From Oikopleura dioica (Eukaryota; Animalia; Chordata): 64,000 nucleotides of DNA. Within the stretch, counting starts at the first letter, position 1. Every line of letters begins with the position of its first letter. Both the position numbers and the translations under genes were made by a program. Location of the stretch: the NCBI GenBank assembly GCA_907165135.1, contig OU015566.1, forward strand, positions 13,268,001 to 13,332,000. The letters run 5' to 3'. Under the pieces are notes generated by a model. It ran no database searches. It saw nothing but the letters and a program-made list of their open reading frames with translations, and was not told the origin of the DNA. Positions 34,271-46,200 of the stretch are shown in pieces.

Positions 34271-37200
34271 TCATTGTCTGGTGAAAATGACATTCTTGAT
34301 CAGGTAGGTAGATCCAATACCGTAGCCGCTTCCGGGAAAGTCAGGCCATCCGTTACCAGCCCAAACCTGAAGTTCTTCTCCATCACCGATTGTGTCACTC
34401 TAGAAATTTTATCAATCTATTGAATTTATAATAAAAAAACACCTTTGGACCGGCTCTCGTCGCAATAAGAACATCATCTTTGAAAAGTTCGGCCACACTG
34501 ATTGAAACATCTGCATCATCAGCTCTGACGACGAGTTTCCAATGGTTATATTGGCCGGCGTCACACGCAGTCACCGCGATGGCACCTCTTGTTTTTCCGA
34601 TGGGATTTGCGAAATAGAGAAGGTTGCTGCCCGAGCTTCTCCACACTGTGAAGACTCGACTTCCAAGTTCACCGTAATCAGTTCCAGATGTAACGTGCAA
34701 GATAGACTTGTAGCCGAACAAGCCTCCGTCGAGTGGCAAACTGTCAGAAGCGCAGAAAATCTCCATTTCTGCGGTGTAATAGGCAGATGAAGTTACTGTT
34801 GCGATCATTGTGTCTTCCGCTGGAGCAATTGGTTCATTGTTGACAAGGACAATTCGATTCTTAAATAGATGATAAGCATCTTATATTTCTTATAATAATC
34901 TTTTACATACCGGAAACGTCTCACGAATATAGAAATTCTTGATGGTGCCAGGCCAACGCTGCCAAGAGTCGCTGCCTCGAGCAAGAAGCGAAACAGTGAG
35001 ATCTCCTTCATACGGGGTAAATTCGTTTTCGGGGTACACCTTTGTTTCTTTCAACTCTCCATTGAAATAAAAATTTTGAGTGTATGTCCCTGCTTCTTCA
35101 TCAAAATTTTGAGTATACTTCATTGTATTGAACGTTTCTCCGTCGCAATATCCGAGATTGTAGAAAAAAGCATATCCGGAAGAAGTTGTCCCTCCGTTAA
35201 ATCTGAAATATTATTTCAACTTATATTTTCTATTTTTAAAGTGATCATTGAGTCAAAAATATTTACTACCATCACGTATTCCTGCAGTGCGCCTGAAAAT
35301 ACAACGCTCTGATTCGTCGAGTGTGCAGCGCCCATCTTTCCCTTTTGCCTCTGAAGCGGCCAAAAGAAAGCGCGCTGATGGCACAGCGGATGAGTCAGCG
35401 CACTCAAGGGATCCCTTATGGTAGATTTACTTACCCAACTGACGTGATGGGTGAGTCTTCTCCGTTTGCATTAGTCCAGCTAACATACCAAAATTGAACT
35501 GATCCAGCGGACCTTGCTTCCCTTTTCTTTTTTCCCTTCTCGGTTGGCTTCGTCGGATCATCAGCTTCATTGAATGATCTAGGAAACTCCCCTGTTGCAT
35601 AAATATGAGGGCCTATGTAAGTAGAAGATGCTTCAATAGCTCCACAGTTGAATTCATAGCTAAGCTCGAAGTTTCGAGTGGCAGTGAATTCTCCGATAAC
35701 TCCATCTTCGGGAACGAAAAATGACTGGGCATCTTCACAAATGAAGTCAATGCATGAATCAAACTCTTCACAAGGACATGACTCTGGTGCACATTCGTAT
35801 CCAGTCGAAGTACAAGTACATCTTCCTTCAACTGTGCCAAGCTCAACATAACTACCGTCGTTGTTGATGCAACCGCATGAGCTTTCGAGAACGCACACTC
35901 CATCTTCGAACAGGAACCCGTCAGGACATCCGCACATGCCTTCGACTCTATTCGCAGTAGCAGCACATCGTGTCTCTTTGCTGATTCCTCTGGCAACATC
36001 TTCGCACGTCTGCTGCTCGAAGCATGCATTTGTACAGCCTTTGAAAACTTGAGCAGTTATTTCTTTCTTTGAGAGCCTCTCGATCTTCAAATTTCTCATT
36101 AGGTCGCTTCTCTCTTCTCGACCAAGAATTGTACTGTATCCTGTGAGTGTTCTTGATTTGGAAGATCGGTTGTTATTCTGTAACGATCTTCGCTATTTAC
36201 TGTAAGCGTTTTCACCCATTTATTATCAGACTCTTGGTATTCTTGAGTCAAAATGACCGAATTCCAAGTTCCGGCGGTGCACGGAAAGACATATGTTGGG
36301 TTGCGACCCGCTATCCACCATTGAGAACCCTCATCCGAGATCAACTCCCAGCCTGTTCCCTCTTCAAAGTCTGGATTTTCCCTAATAAAAAATTTAAAAA
36401 AATGTTTGGTTTACTTTTACTCACATCCAGAAAAAAAGATTTGGATAGTCTGTGACACCGCCGACGCCGAAGTAATAATGATTATCGAAACTTCCATCCT
36501 TGCGTGAAAAAGATGCCATTCCCGTCATCGCATCGGATGGTTCTCCAGAGCAGTAAACATCCAGACTGATTTTGAAGGGATCTTCTGCTCTTATTGGGCT
36601 CTCACCAAGACCGCTCTTAATTTTTAATAAAAATCATTTTCTGCTTGGTGATTCATTACCTCTATTTGTGGACATTCTTGAGCACAGCCAGTAACAGAAG
36701 CCCAGTCGCAAATTCTTTGATAGTCAGCTGACCCAGCAATTTTTTTAGTCAAACATTGAGATGCGTAGTCTTCGATGATTCCGCAGTGCAACTCAGGGTC
36801 CAGACAACTGTGGAAGAGGCAAGCTTCATAAGTTGGCAGTCTACTTCCAAGGAACTCGCATCCATTGAAAAAATTCTGGTTGGAATAAGGGCTGACAATC
36901 TCACATCGATCTTCAGCAGCATCGTAAGCCACTTGACCAGACTCTTCTAGAAGATCTTCGCAAGGCTTAAGAAGCTCGCCGTGTGTGCAAGTATCATCAC
37001 TGTCAGTTTGGAATCGGTCTCCAACAGTCTGGCTATCATCATCATATTCAGTAGAAAGGAGACGCTCATCGGAGTTATTGTCGTTGTAATTTCCGCAAAG
37101 ACCGGTCATAATGTTCTTGTAGCAGCTGTTGACGTTCACGTAAGCAGACCAATATTTTCCACTGAATTTAACGGAAATTCCATTTGCTATTCGAATTTCA

Positions 37201-40200
37201 ACTGTGTGATAATAGTATGAAGAATACCAATGCGTTCTTGTTACAGTAATTTCGTAGTCTGATGTTTTAAAAGAGCTCGGAGAGGATTCTAAGCCAAACC
37301 ATGCGATCAAGTTACCAGATGGAACTGCGTCGAGGATATTTTGCCCTGTACGATGGTCAGTTAGCGTTATTTCAAAATGCGCGTTTTGAGAGTAACCGGA
37401 TGTATCCATATTTTTAATAAATAGAGTGTATGGTTTTGGATCCCCAAAAACGTAGTCAATTCCATGGAAATCAAACCAAAGCTGATCAGTCACGGTTGCA
37501 GTTGTTGAAGAATAAAGCTTTCTATTCTTGGAATTTACGTTGAATCCCGGCAGTTCGGGAGTGTCCGGGGCGCTTGCAAGATTATATCGACAGTTGCCAT
37601 GAAAGAAATACTCATAATGATCAAATGTGTAGATGTATGGATCGTTGTGGGATTTGCAATAAGCAGTTGGTCGGCTCCCGCAGGGTATCGGTGCACAGAC
37701 TATTCCGTCAGCGGTACATTCGCAACTTTCATCATTATTAGAGAAGCTTTGGCCTCGTGCGTAATACTGGTTGTTGAAGTCCCAAGTACAGCCGCAGTTT
37801 TCTTCTAAGACACATCCTTCGTCGTCAAGAATATAGCCTGGATCACAGACGCACATACTTTCAATATTATTGATTGATGATCCACATCGTTCTTCACTCG
37901 ACAAATGTCGATTTCTGCACGTTCGTTGGGCATCACATGTGTTTGCACAGCCAAGGTAGCTGCTATTCTCTCCGCATTCAAGCTCACAATCAGTTTCAGC
38001 GGCCCATGAGCAGATATGAGCTTGAAGATTAGAAGGGATTGTGCTCAAGCATTGTCTTGCGTAGTTTTGGAGCGTATTGCATCGAGCGTCACGCGAGATA
38101 CAGGTGTCAATCATACAGGACATATGAGCAGCATCTTTAGGAGCAGTGCACTCATGGAAAACGCCACCAGGAATATTCTTATCAAGTTCGGCGCATAGAT
38201 CTGTGACTTCACCGATGTCATCGCATTCAAAGTCGTGAACTTCTCGGCATCTTGGATCGGGCTCAGCAAAATCATTTGCCCATTCAACAAGATCTTTTTG
38301 ATGAGCTCGCCATGATTCCGATCGCCAAATTTCGTGACTTTCATGGAATTGATCAAATGGGACTCCATTCCAATTGCCGCAAAGACCATCCACGTGATTC
38401 ATGTAGCAATCTGGTAGCGTCACTCGTACCGTGGCATAAGTTCCCCATACCGAGCCCCCGTCATGAGGTAGATAGTTAGCTTTTGCTCCAAACCAGGTTG
38501 TCACTCTAGCCGAATTACCGATTTTTTCGAATCTTACGTCATCATTAGTAAAACCATTCTCATAAGACTGCCCATTAAGACGATCTTCGAAAACAAATGA
38601 AAAACCATCGATTGTTAAAAAGTATCTCGGAGTCTCCGATCGAAGTTGGTTCTTTCCAGGAAACTCGAAGGTCATTCCACGAATACACGAAACAGCCCTA
38701 TAATCTTCTCCACATCGTCTTTGATCAACGTCAACGGAAAATGCTGGCATGTTACTGAATTCGTCGTCGCCAGCTGATTTCACAAAACTGTACTTGCAAG
38801 CACCCTGGAAATGATGGGTGTCGCCATCAAACATGTCGTAGTGGGGATCACCAGCTGCTTCGCAATAGCTTGTTCCCGTTGAAATGCAATCACGGGGACA
38901 AGCATCCTCGTTGATGCATTCTCCATTGTGCATGACTTGTCCATCTGGACAACCGCACATAGGATCGATAGAACGCTCTGATCCACATCGATCAGCATCT
39001 GAGATTCCGTTGACAACATCATCGCATGTACGTTCTTCTTTACAAGCATTTGTGCATCCTTTGAAGATCTGTCCTCCTGAGCATTCTTGAGAGCAGCTTG
39101 TCACTTGAGGCCAGTTACAGATTTCATAAAAATCTGCAGTGCCTTCGGTTTTTCTGAGAAGACAGTCATGAGCAAAACTTTGAATAGATCCGCAAGCAAG
39201 ATCAAGACAGCTGTTCCAGAGACAGATATCGTAGTATCCCTGCTTATCACTAACAAAATTACATGTTTTAAAAACCTCGGCTTGTGCGGTCCCGTCTTCA
39301 AGAGAATCGCATCTTCGAATCGCTGAAGTAAACTCGGCTGGTGTAAGATCTTCACAAGGTTCGAAAAAGCGACCATGACTGCATTCATCGGAAATTCTCG
39401 AAGTCAAAAATCGTTCGCCGAATTCATCGGGATTGTTCTCATAATCTTGAGCCAACGATACGTCTCCGTTGCCGTCCCAATCACCACAAAGACCAGAAAC
39501 TGACTCTTTGTAACAGCCTGGGACATACACATCCATCCACCAGTACCAAGCCTTGAACTTGACTTGAAGACCATTCCAGTGGAAATGGAGATCAAACCCA
39601 GTTGCAACAGAATTTTGGAAGGTTATTTTCAAGCTGACATCATCATTGGAGAAATCGGCATTGAAATATGTCTGCCCAGTGAGGCGATCGAAAAGAGTGA
39701 TATCTAATTCGGTGTTTGAATAATATGCTGAGTTGTCTCTATTGTTGAAGTGGAAATAGTATCTTTTTTGATCTCCGAAAACGTAGTTGCTTGAATGCGC
39801 TTCTAACCAAATTTGGTCGACGACAGTTCCCGATCTTCCGGACGTGTCTTCCCATCTGCTACTGCCTCTGTTACTGATTTCAATCGAAAACCCAGCTCGA
39901 TCTTCGGTGTCTTCAGCTCTCACAAGATTGTATCTGCAGCTACCGTGAAATGCGTATTTTGTATTGTCAAAAGTTGTAATCCAAGGGTCACTGTGAACTT
40001 TGCAAGACCCTCTCTCCATTTGATCGCATGGGATCGGCGTACAGACGATTCCCGAAGTTGTACATTCGCAATTCTCTTCTGGGTTATACACAGGCTTCTG
40101 AAACGTACTACCGAGCGAATAATAGTAGCCATTCTCAGTGCAACCGCAATTCTCTTCAGGGATACAGTCATCTCCATCAAGAATGAATCCAGGCTGGCAG

Positions 40201-42283
40201 ACGCACATACTGTCGATCTCAGTATTTGCATCGCATCGCTCAATGTCAGTCTGATGACGATTTCTGCACGTTCTTCTAGCAGCGCATGTGTCAGCACATC
40301 CTTCGAAGACAGCATTAGCCCCACAAGCTGTAGAACAGCCCAAACCAGTAGCCCAATCGCAAACTGGTCCTCTTTCTTCCGGCCCCAAGTCATTAATGCA
40401 CTCTTTAGCAAAAGACGCAAATGCTGGGCACTCATCTGATTGATCACATTTTTCTGTCACGCAGCTAAGGAAGGCATTGCTTTTGTCACCATTGCAAGGA
40501 GCAAAAACAGAATCAGTATTGTCAGGGTCGAGTGCGATGCAAGCAGTAATTGCGTGATTGATATCTACCGCACAGTTTAGACCAAAGATGTGATGGCACT
40601 GCTCGTCGGGAAGTTCAAATTGCTCAGCCCATTCGTAAAGGTTCTCCTGAGTCGTTTGCCAATTGTCAATATCGTTAGTGAGAGAACCAGAGGTTCCAGG
40701 GGTAAATTCGACGTATTGTTGACCGTCGAAATTTCCGCAAAGTCCATCGATATTATGAGCATAGCAATCAGGAACCTTGATCTCAAGTTTTAAGTTTCGG
40801 ACGTCGGCAGCCCCCCAAGCTGTATATTTTATGTAGACGTCAAACCAAGTTTCTATTTCAACTGTTGTTGGTGTAATAGTCAAATCAAAATCATCAACGA
40901 GGAACGATGAATCGTATGAATTGCCGGTTAAACGATCTTCGAGGGTGCTTCTTCGAATTCCAGACGTTCCACTTTGGTCTCTAAGATCTTCTCTTTCAAC
41001 AGAAATGACGTATCTCGGAACTTCATCTGGCGATTGATCCTGTCCGGGAAATTCAAACGTAAAACCTTGCGTGTAGGTTAACGATGAGCCTGGCTCAAGA
41101 GGAGCAAAGTCACCGATGATCTTGAACGCTGGCATGTTCGAATACTCAGCAGCGTCGACTTTAGCCATGACATATTCGCATTGGGGTTGGAGATGGTGAA
41201 ATTCTCCGTCAAAAGTCGTGAAGTGAGGATCTCCCCAAGCTATGCACCACTTGAACTCATCTGGAATGCACTTAAAATTTCTCTTAAAAAATTGGAACCG
41301 TACTTTCATTATTATAATTAAATTGTCACGTTTCATTAAAAATATTTAATTTCGCAATACAAGTAGCCAAATTTAACGCTTCATGAAAATAATGAATACC
41401 GTTGGCTGGGATGGTTCTGTAGTTGGTTGAACAGTTGTTGTCTCAGAGCAGGTCGGTACCTAAAAATACTGTCGAAGATGAAAATTCGACTGACTTACCG
41501 TGATCCCCTTCCTAATTGTCCATATATTTTTTTTGTTTTTACAACGGACCACGAAGTCGCCAGAATCACCTCCATTGAGGCACTTGACTTTGCAGCTGCT
41601 TCCGACATTGTGTCTCTTGCAAACAAAGGTATGAGCGCCAGCGGGTTTGAAACGGGACGGAATCGCATCAGCCAAACATTTGACCACAGTTGCGGTGCAC
41701 GAAGGCGCTGAGCCACGGAAGACCGTCCAGGTGTTCGAGTTGTTCTTGTTGACGCAGGCGATCGTGTAGGTTTGCTTTTTACCAGCGTCACCAACGCATT
41801 TAGGCTTGCATTTTCGCTTCCCGTTCTTGATTTTCGTGCATTTCCACTCAAATCGCCCGCCTGAAGGATTTAGACCTTCTGGTATCGATGAGACTTTGCA
41901 AGGAGGTTCCGAGGTCGCGAAGACCTTAAAAGTTAATCAGCATAGCCTTTGCTGAAAAGGGCCCTTTTAAACTGGTCAAGCCAAACACGTTTTGTCACAG
42001 CTCGAAAAGAATGAGTCAAAAACTAGTCTGAAGAATGATTTTTCAAAAAATCTATTTGAAATCGAGAGCTTAAGACTATTATACAGAAAAACTAACAATA
42101 AAATAATGATTTCAAGCGATTTATATAACTTCGAAATGTACGAGTGAAATAATGTCGAGATAGTAGAAAAATTAAATTTGAATTATTGTAATTAAATTTT
42201 TGAATTTCGGACAAACTTTTCACGACAATAATTACCTGTTCAAGAATCAAGCCCTGCAGAAGCAACCGGCTTAGAAGCCTCAT
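34271..42283 (-). CDS. FCGBP/zonadhesin/mucin-like secreted protein: CCP-like N-terminus, 4x(VWD-C8-TIL), then ConA/LamG-like modules and another TIL
   Basis: 1570-codon ORF with VWD starts CIAWGDPHFTTFDG, CKVHSDPWITTFDN, CEAAGDPHYDMFDG and CKSHNDPYIYTFDH, each with GLCG(N/D) and C8/TIL cysteines. Putative signal exon MRLLSRLLLQGLILEQ at 42283. Last exon ...YLIKNVIFTRQ* (TGA 34271-34273). Confidence 0.88.
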
Positions 42284-43241
42284 TTTCCGAGCAGACGAAA
42301 GTCAACTTTTTGACAAATCGTCGTAGAATTATTCTCTTACTGAATAATAAAAAAAAGGATTCTCTTTATCTTAGGATTAGAAAATTCTAAAACGCATGGA
42401 GAACCAAAAACTGAGTGACGCCCAAATGCGACACTCCCGAGTTTTTATGGAGTGGCCGTTTATTTTTGGTACAAGGATTAAAATTAGGCGATCCGAAGAA
42501 ATGCGAAAGTACCAAGTTATTAATAACTCGAGCCATGTTTTAGTAAAAAAAAACAAAATACGGAAATCGTTAACTTCTCAATACACGGGCGCGCGACTAA
42601 GCGCTCAAAACACGGGGTCGGGTGAGGGGACCACAATGCATTATTCAGCCCCGCGCGGCGCGCAAAATTCGGAGTGTGATAAAGAGCGCTCAAGACTTTT
42701 AGCTCTAACTTGCGTTTCCGTCAAGCAAAAAAGTTACTTTACATATCGCTGGAAAGCTTGAACACTCGCCTATAAAGATTTACAATTAATTTTGGAAAAC
42801 AATTTTTTGATTTACAGCTTCGGAGTGAAAGATAAATCCGGTGAAAAACGCCACCACTTTTGAGAAAACTTTCAAAATTTCACAAAGTGGTTCGTTTTAG
42901 TCATCTTAGCTCACATTTCGAAAATCAGGTCAAATGGATTATCAGAAGAGAAGTTACGGCGGCTCAAAGTCGCCGTGGTCGGTTCAACCGACCACGTGTA
43001 TTGAGAAGTTAACCTGCAGTAGTAACTCAATCAAATTAATTGGTGAAATTTATTTGTGAATAATTAATTCGGAGGGATGACAGAAGTTGGAAGAGGTAAA
43101 CAAGCGGCTGGGCTGTACACAGAAAAGTCGAAAGTCGTTGATACCGTGGAGGGAACCTGTTTGGCACAGAAATAAGTTACTTTTTTTTCTCGATTTTTTT
43201 TTTATATTTTATATAAAAAGAAGTTGTGTCTGATGAGTTGG

Positions 43242-46200
43242 TTATTGATTGTACTCTGCGTCGATCTCGCAAATGAGATCCATGATCTTGGGCATCAGCG
43301 ATGGAAGTTGATCGTAGGAGTCGATGTTGAAAACGTACTTTAGAAAATCGATCATTTCCGGTTCAAAGAGAAAACTGTTTACCTGTGGATTGCCCGAAAC
43401 TGATGCCATTTCGGTTTTTGAAGCTTCACCGACGCCGATGGTAATGTAGCGCGTTGTTTTGTCAGTTCGAATTCGTCGGACAACAGCGTCCAACGCAGAT
43501 GCGGAATAAGTTTTCTTTGCTAAAATCAGCCGTCAAGGATTGCGAAAATAAAACTGAACGTACAGGCTGTGAGGATGGCGATGCCAGGCTTGTCAGGTCT
43601 TCGACCCATTGCCTCAAGGAAGGAGAAATTGACGAGGAATGCGAGAGCTCGCTCGATTCGCAAGTCTCGGCCGCTGAAGTTGATGCTGTCGACTTTTGAG
43701 AGAAGAGTTGGCTTCGGACTTGTGGCGGAATCAAGGAGGAAAACTGACGGTGACACTTTTTCTCCTGAATAACCAGCAACGGTGACCTAGAAAAGTGTTA
43801 AAACTCCATTTTATGGCGAAAAACTGTACCTTTGCACTGGAAGCGCCAACTTCGAAAGAATCAATCATCTCCTTCGCAAATGCTTTTGTGGCTGCAAGAC
43901 CGGAATCACCAATATCAACGTTTGTATCGAGCAACAGCGCCAAATCAAAGGTACCAATCGGGGGACATTTCACTGAATAAGGGTTCTCTTCCTTGATTTC
44001 AGAAAAAAAATTACCTCCAACACAGCTGAAGCTTCCCTTGGTGTCTTCGCATTTCTCAGAAGCGGCGCAGGTATGAGCACCAGTCGCGCACTCGTCAATA
44101 TCTAAGTAGAAAATTTAATAAATGAAGGATTATTTAACGATCTTACTCATGCAAAGCATTCCATTGCCCTTGTATCCGTCCTTGCAGGCGCATTCGAAGC
44201 TTCCAACAAGATTAGTGCACGTAGCGTCAGGATGGCAAGCTTGGGACGCGCACTCGTTGATATCCTCGCAACCATTTCCACGGTCTTCGTAGCCGTTGGC
44301 ACAGGCGCATTTGAATGATCCGATCGTATTGGTGCACATGCTCGCAGACTCGCAAGTATGTCGCCCGTTAACGCATTCGTTTTCATCCTGACAAGCTCCT
44401 GGATTTCCTTGGAAACCAGTTTTGCAAGTGCAGACGTAGGCGCCAACAGTGTTTGTACAATCAGAATCGGCAGCGCAAGGAGACGAGACTTGGCATTCGT
44501 TGACATCGGAGCATTGGAATCCGTTACCGGCGAAACCAGCTTTACAAGAACACGTGTACGCCTGGAAGGTATCCGAACAGACAGCGTTGACATTGCACTT
44601 ATGAGTTCCTTGAGCACATTCATTGACTGCCACGGGTCCTCTTTCTGCAATTGTCGTTGTGGAAGTCGCGTAGCTGGTTGTTGTCGTATCGTACTCGGTA
44701 GTCTCCTGCGCAGCCATCCAACTGTTCATTGTTGTTCGCGAAGTAGGTCGAGTTGTAACTGGTCGATTGGTAGCAACAGCAACAATTGGCTTCATTGGTG
44801 GCATCCATCTTAGTGGAGTTGTAGCTGGTTGTGTTCTTTGAGTCGTTCTCTGAGTAGTTGGTGCTCGAGTAGTGACAGGTCTGCGAGTAGTGATTGGTTT
44901 TCGAGTTGTTCGAGGGACGAAAGCAGGCTTGGCAGTGGGCTTCTGGAAACTTGGCTTGGCCGGACTGTTGGAATTGAAGAAGCTTCGAGACCAAGTACTT
45001 GTTCCTGGCTTCTTCGGAGCAACAGATTGCGCTCTTCCTGGCAGGAACGCTTGATACTGTGGTCCTGCTGGTTTTCCAAAAGATCCTGGTGATTTTTGCT
45101 CTTGCTGAGTTATTATTGGAGCTGTTGCTGCTTTTGGAACACAGTAGCCAGTCGGTGTCATTGTCTCGTACATTCCACAGATGCACTCGAATTCTGTATT
45201 CGACAGTCGAGAGCATTGCTGAGTGGAAAAACAAGGGCTCGACTCACATGGGTCGATTTCTTCGCCATCTTCATCGGCCGATCCAGTGGCGCTGGAGAAC
45301 TGCATCGCCTCATTTCGAGCTTCTTCGATTCGTTGAGCGCGGACCTCGGCCGTGTTGAAGCATTCTTTGCCGTCTCCTTCGTAGCTGTCAAGACAAGAGC
45401 ACTCATACGAGCCAGGGGTGTTGGTGCACTTCGCAGCGACGTGACAATCGTGAATATCAAAGGCGCATTCGTTGATATCAGCGCAAATATTTTCGCCATC
45501 GCCTTCGAATCCTTCCAAGCACTCACACTTTGCCTCGTGTTTCTTCCATCCCGAGATGACCTTGCACTCAGCGTTTTTGTGACATTTCTCGTGGCGGCAA
45601 ACGTCATTTACACATTCGTCTTTTTGATTCTTTGCGTAGCCATCAGCGCAGACGCATTCGTAGCTGCCTGGGGTGTTGCTGCAGACTGTTTTAGGAATAT
45701 CGGAACAAAGGAGAGATTTTTCGAAGCATTCATCGATGTCCTCACATTTTTCAAAGCCGTTGCCCTTGAATCCGTCTTTGCAAGAGCATTGGATTGTCGC
45801 TTCGTCTTTCGGAACGCAATCAGCATTCTCAGCGCAAGTGGAGTTACCCATTTCTGGGCAAAGATCCTTGACGCAGTTGATTCCATCGCCAAAGTATCCC
45901 TCTTCACACTCGCAGGTAAAGTCGCCAGGTGTATTTGTACACTTTGCGTTTGGCGAGCAATTGTGCTTTCTGGTCGAGCACTCGTTGATATCGATGCATT
46001 CAAAACCGTCGCCGTAATATCCAGAAGGACACTGGCAGGAGTAACCGCCGCCGAAGTTGTGACAAGTGGCAATGGCTGCGCAATCGTGTTGAAGAGAGTA
46101 GCACTCGTCGACGTCGACACAGGTGCGTCCGTCGCCCTTGAAGCCGGACTTGCACTTGCATTGGAAGCTGCCGACGCGGTTGATGCAGAAGGCCCCTTCG

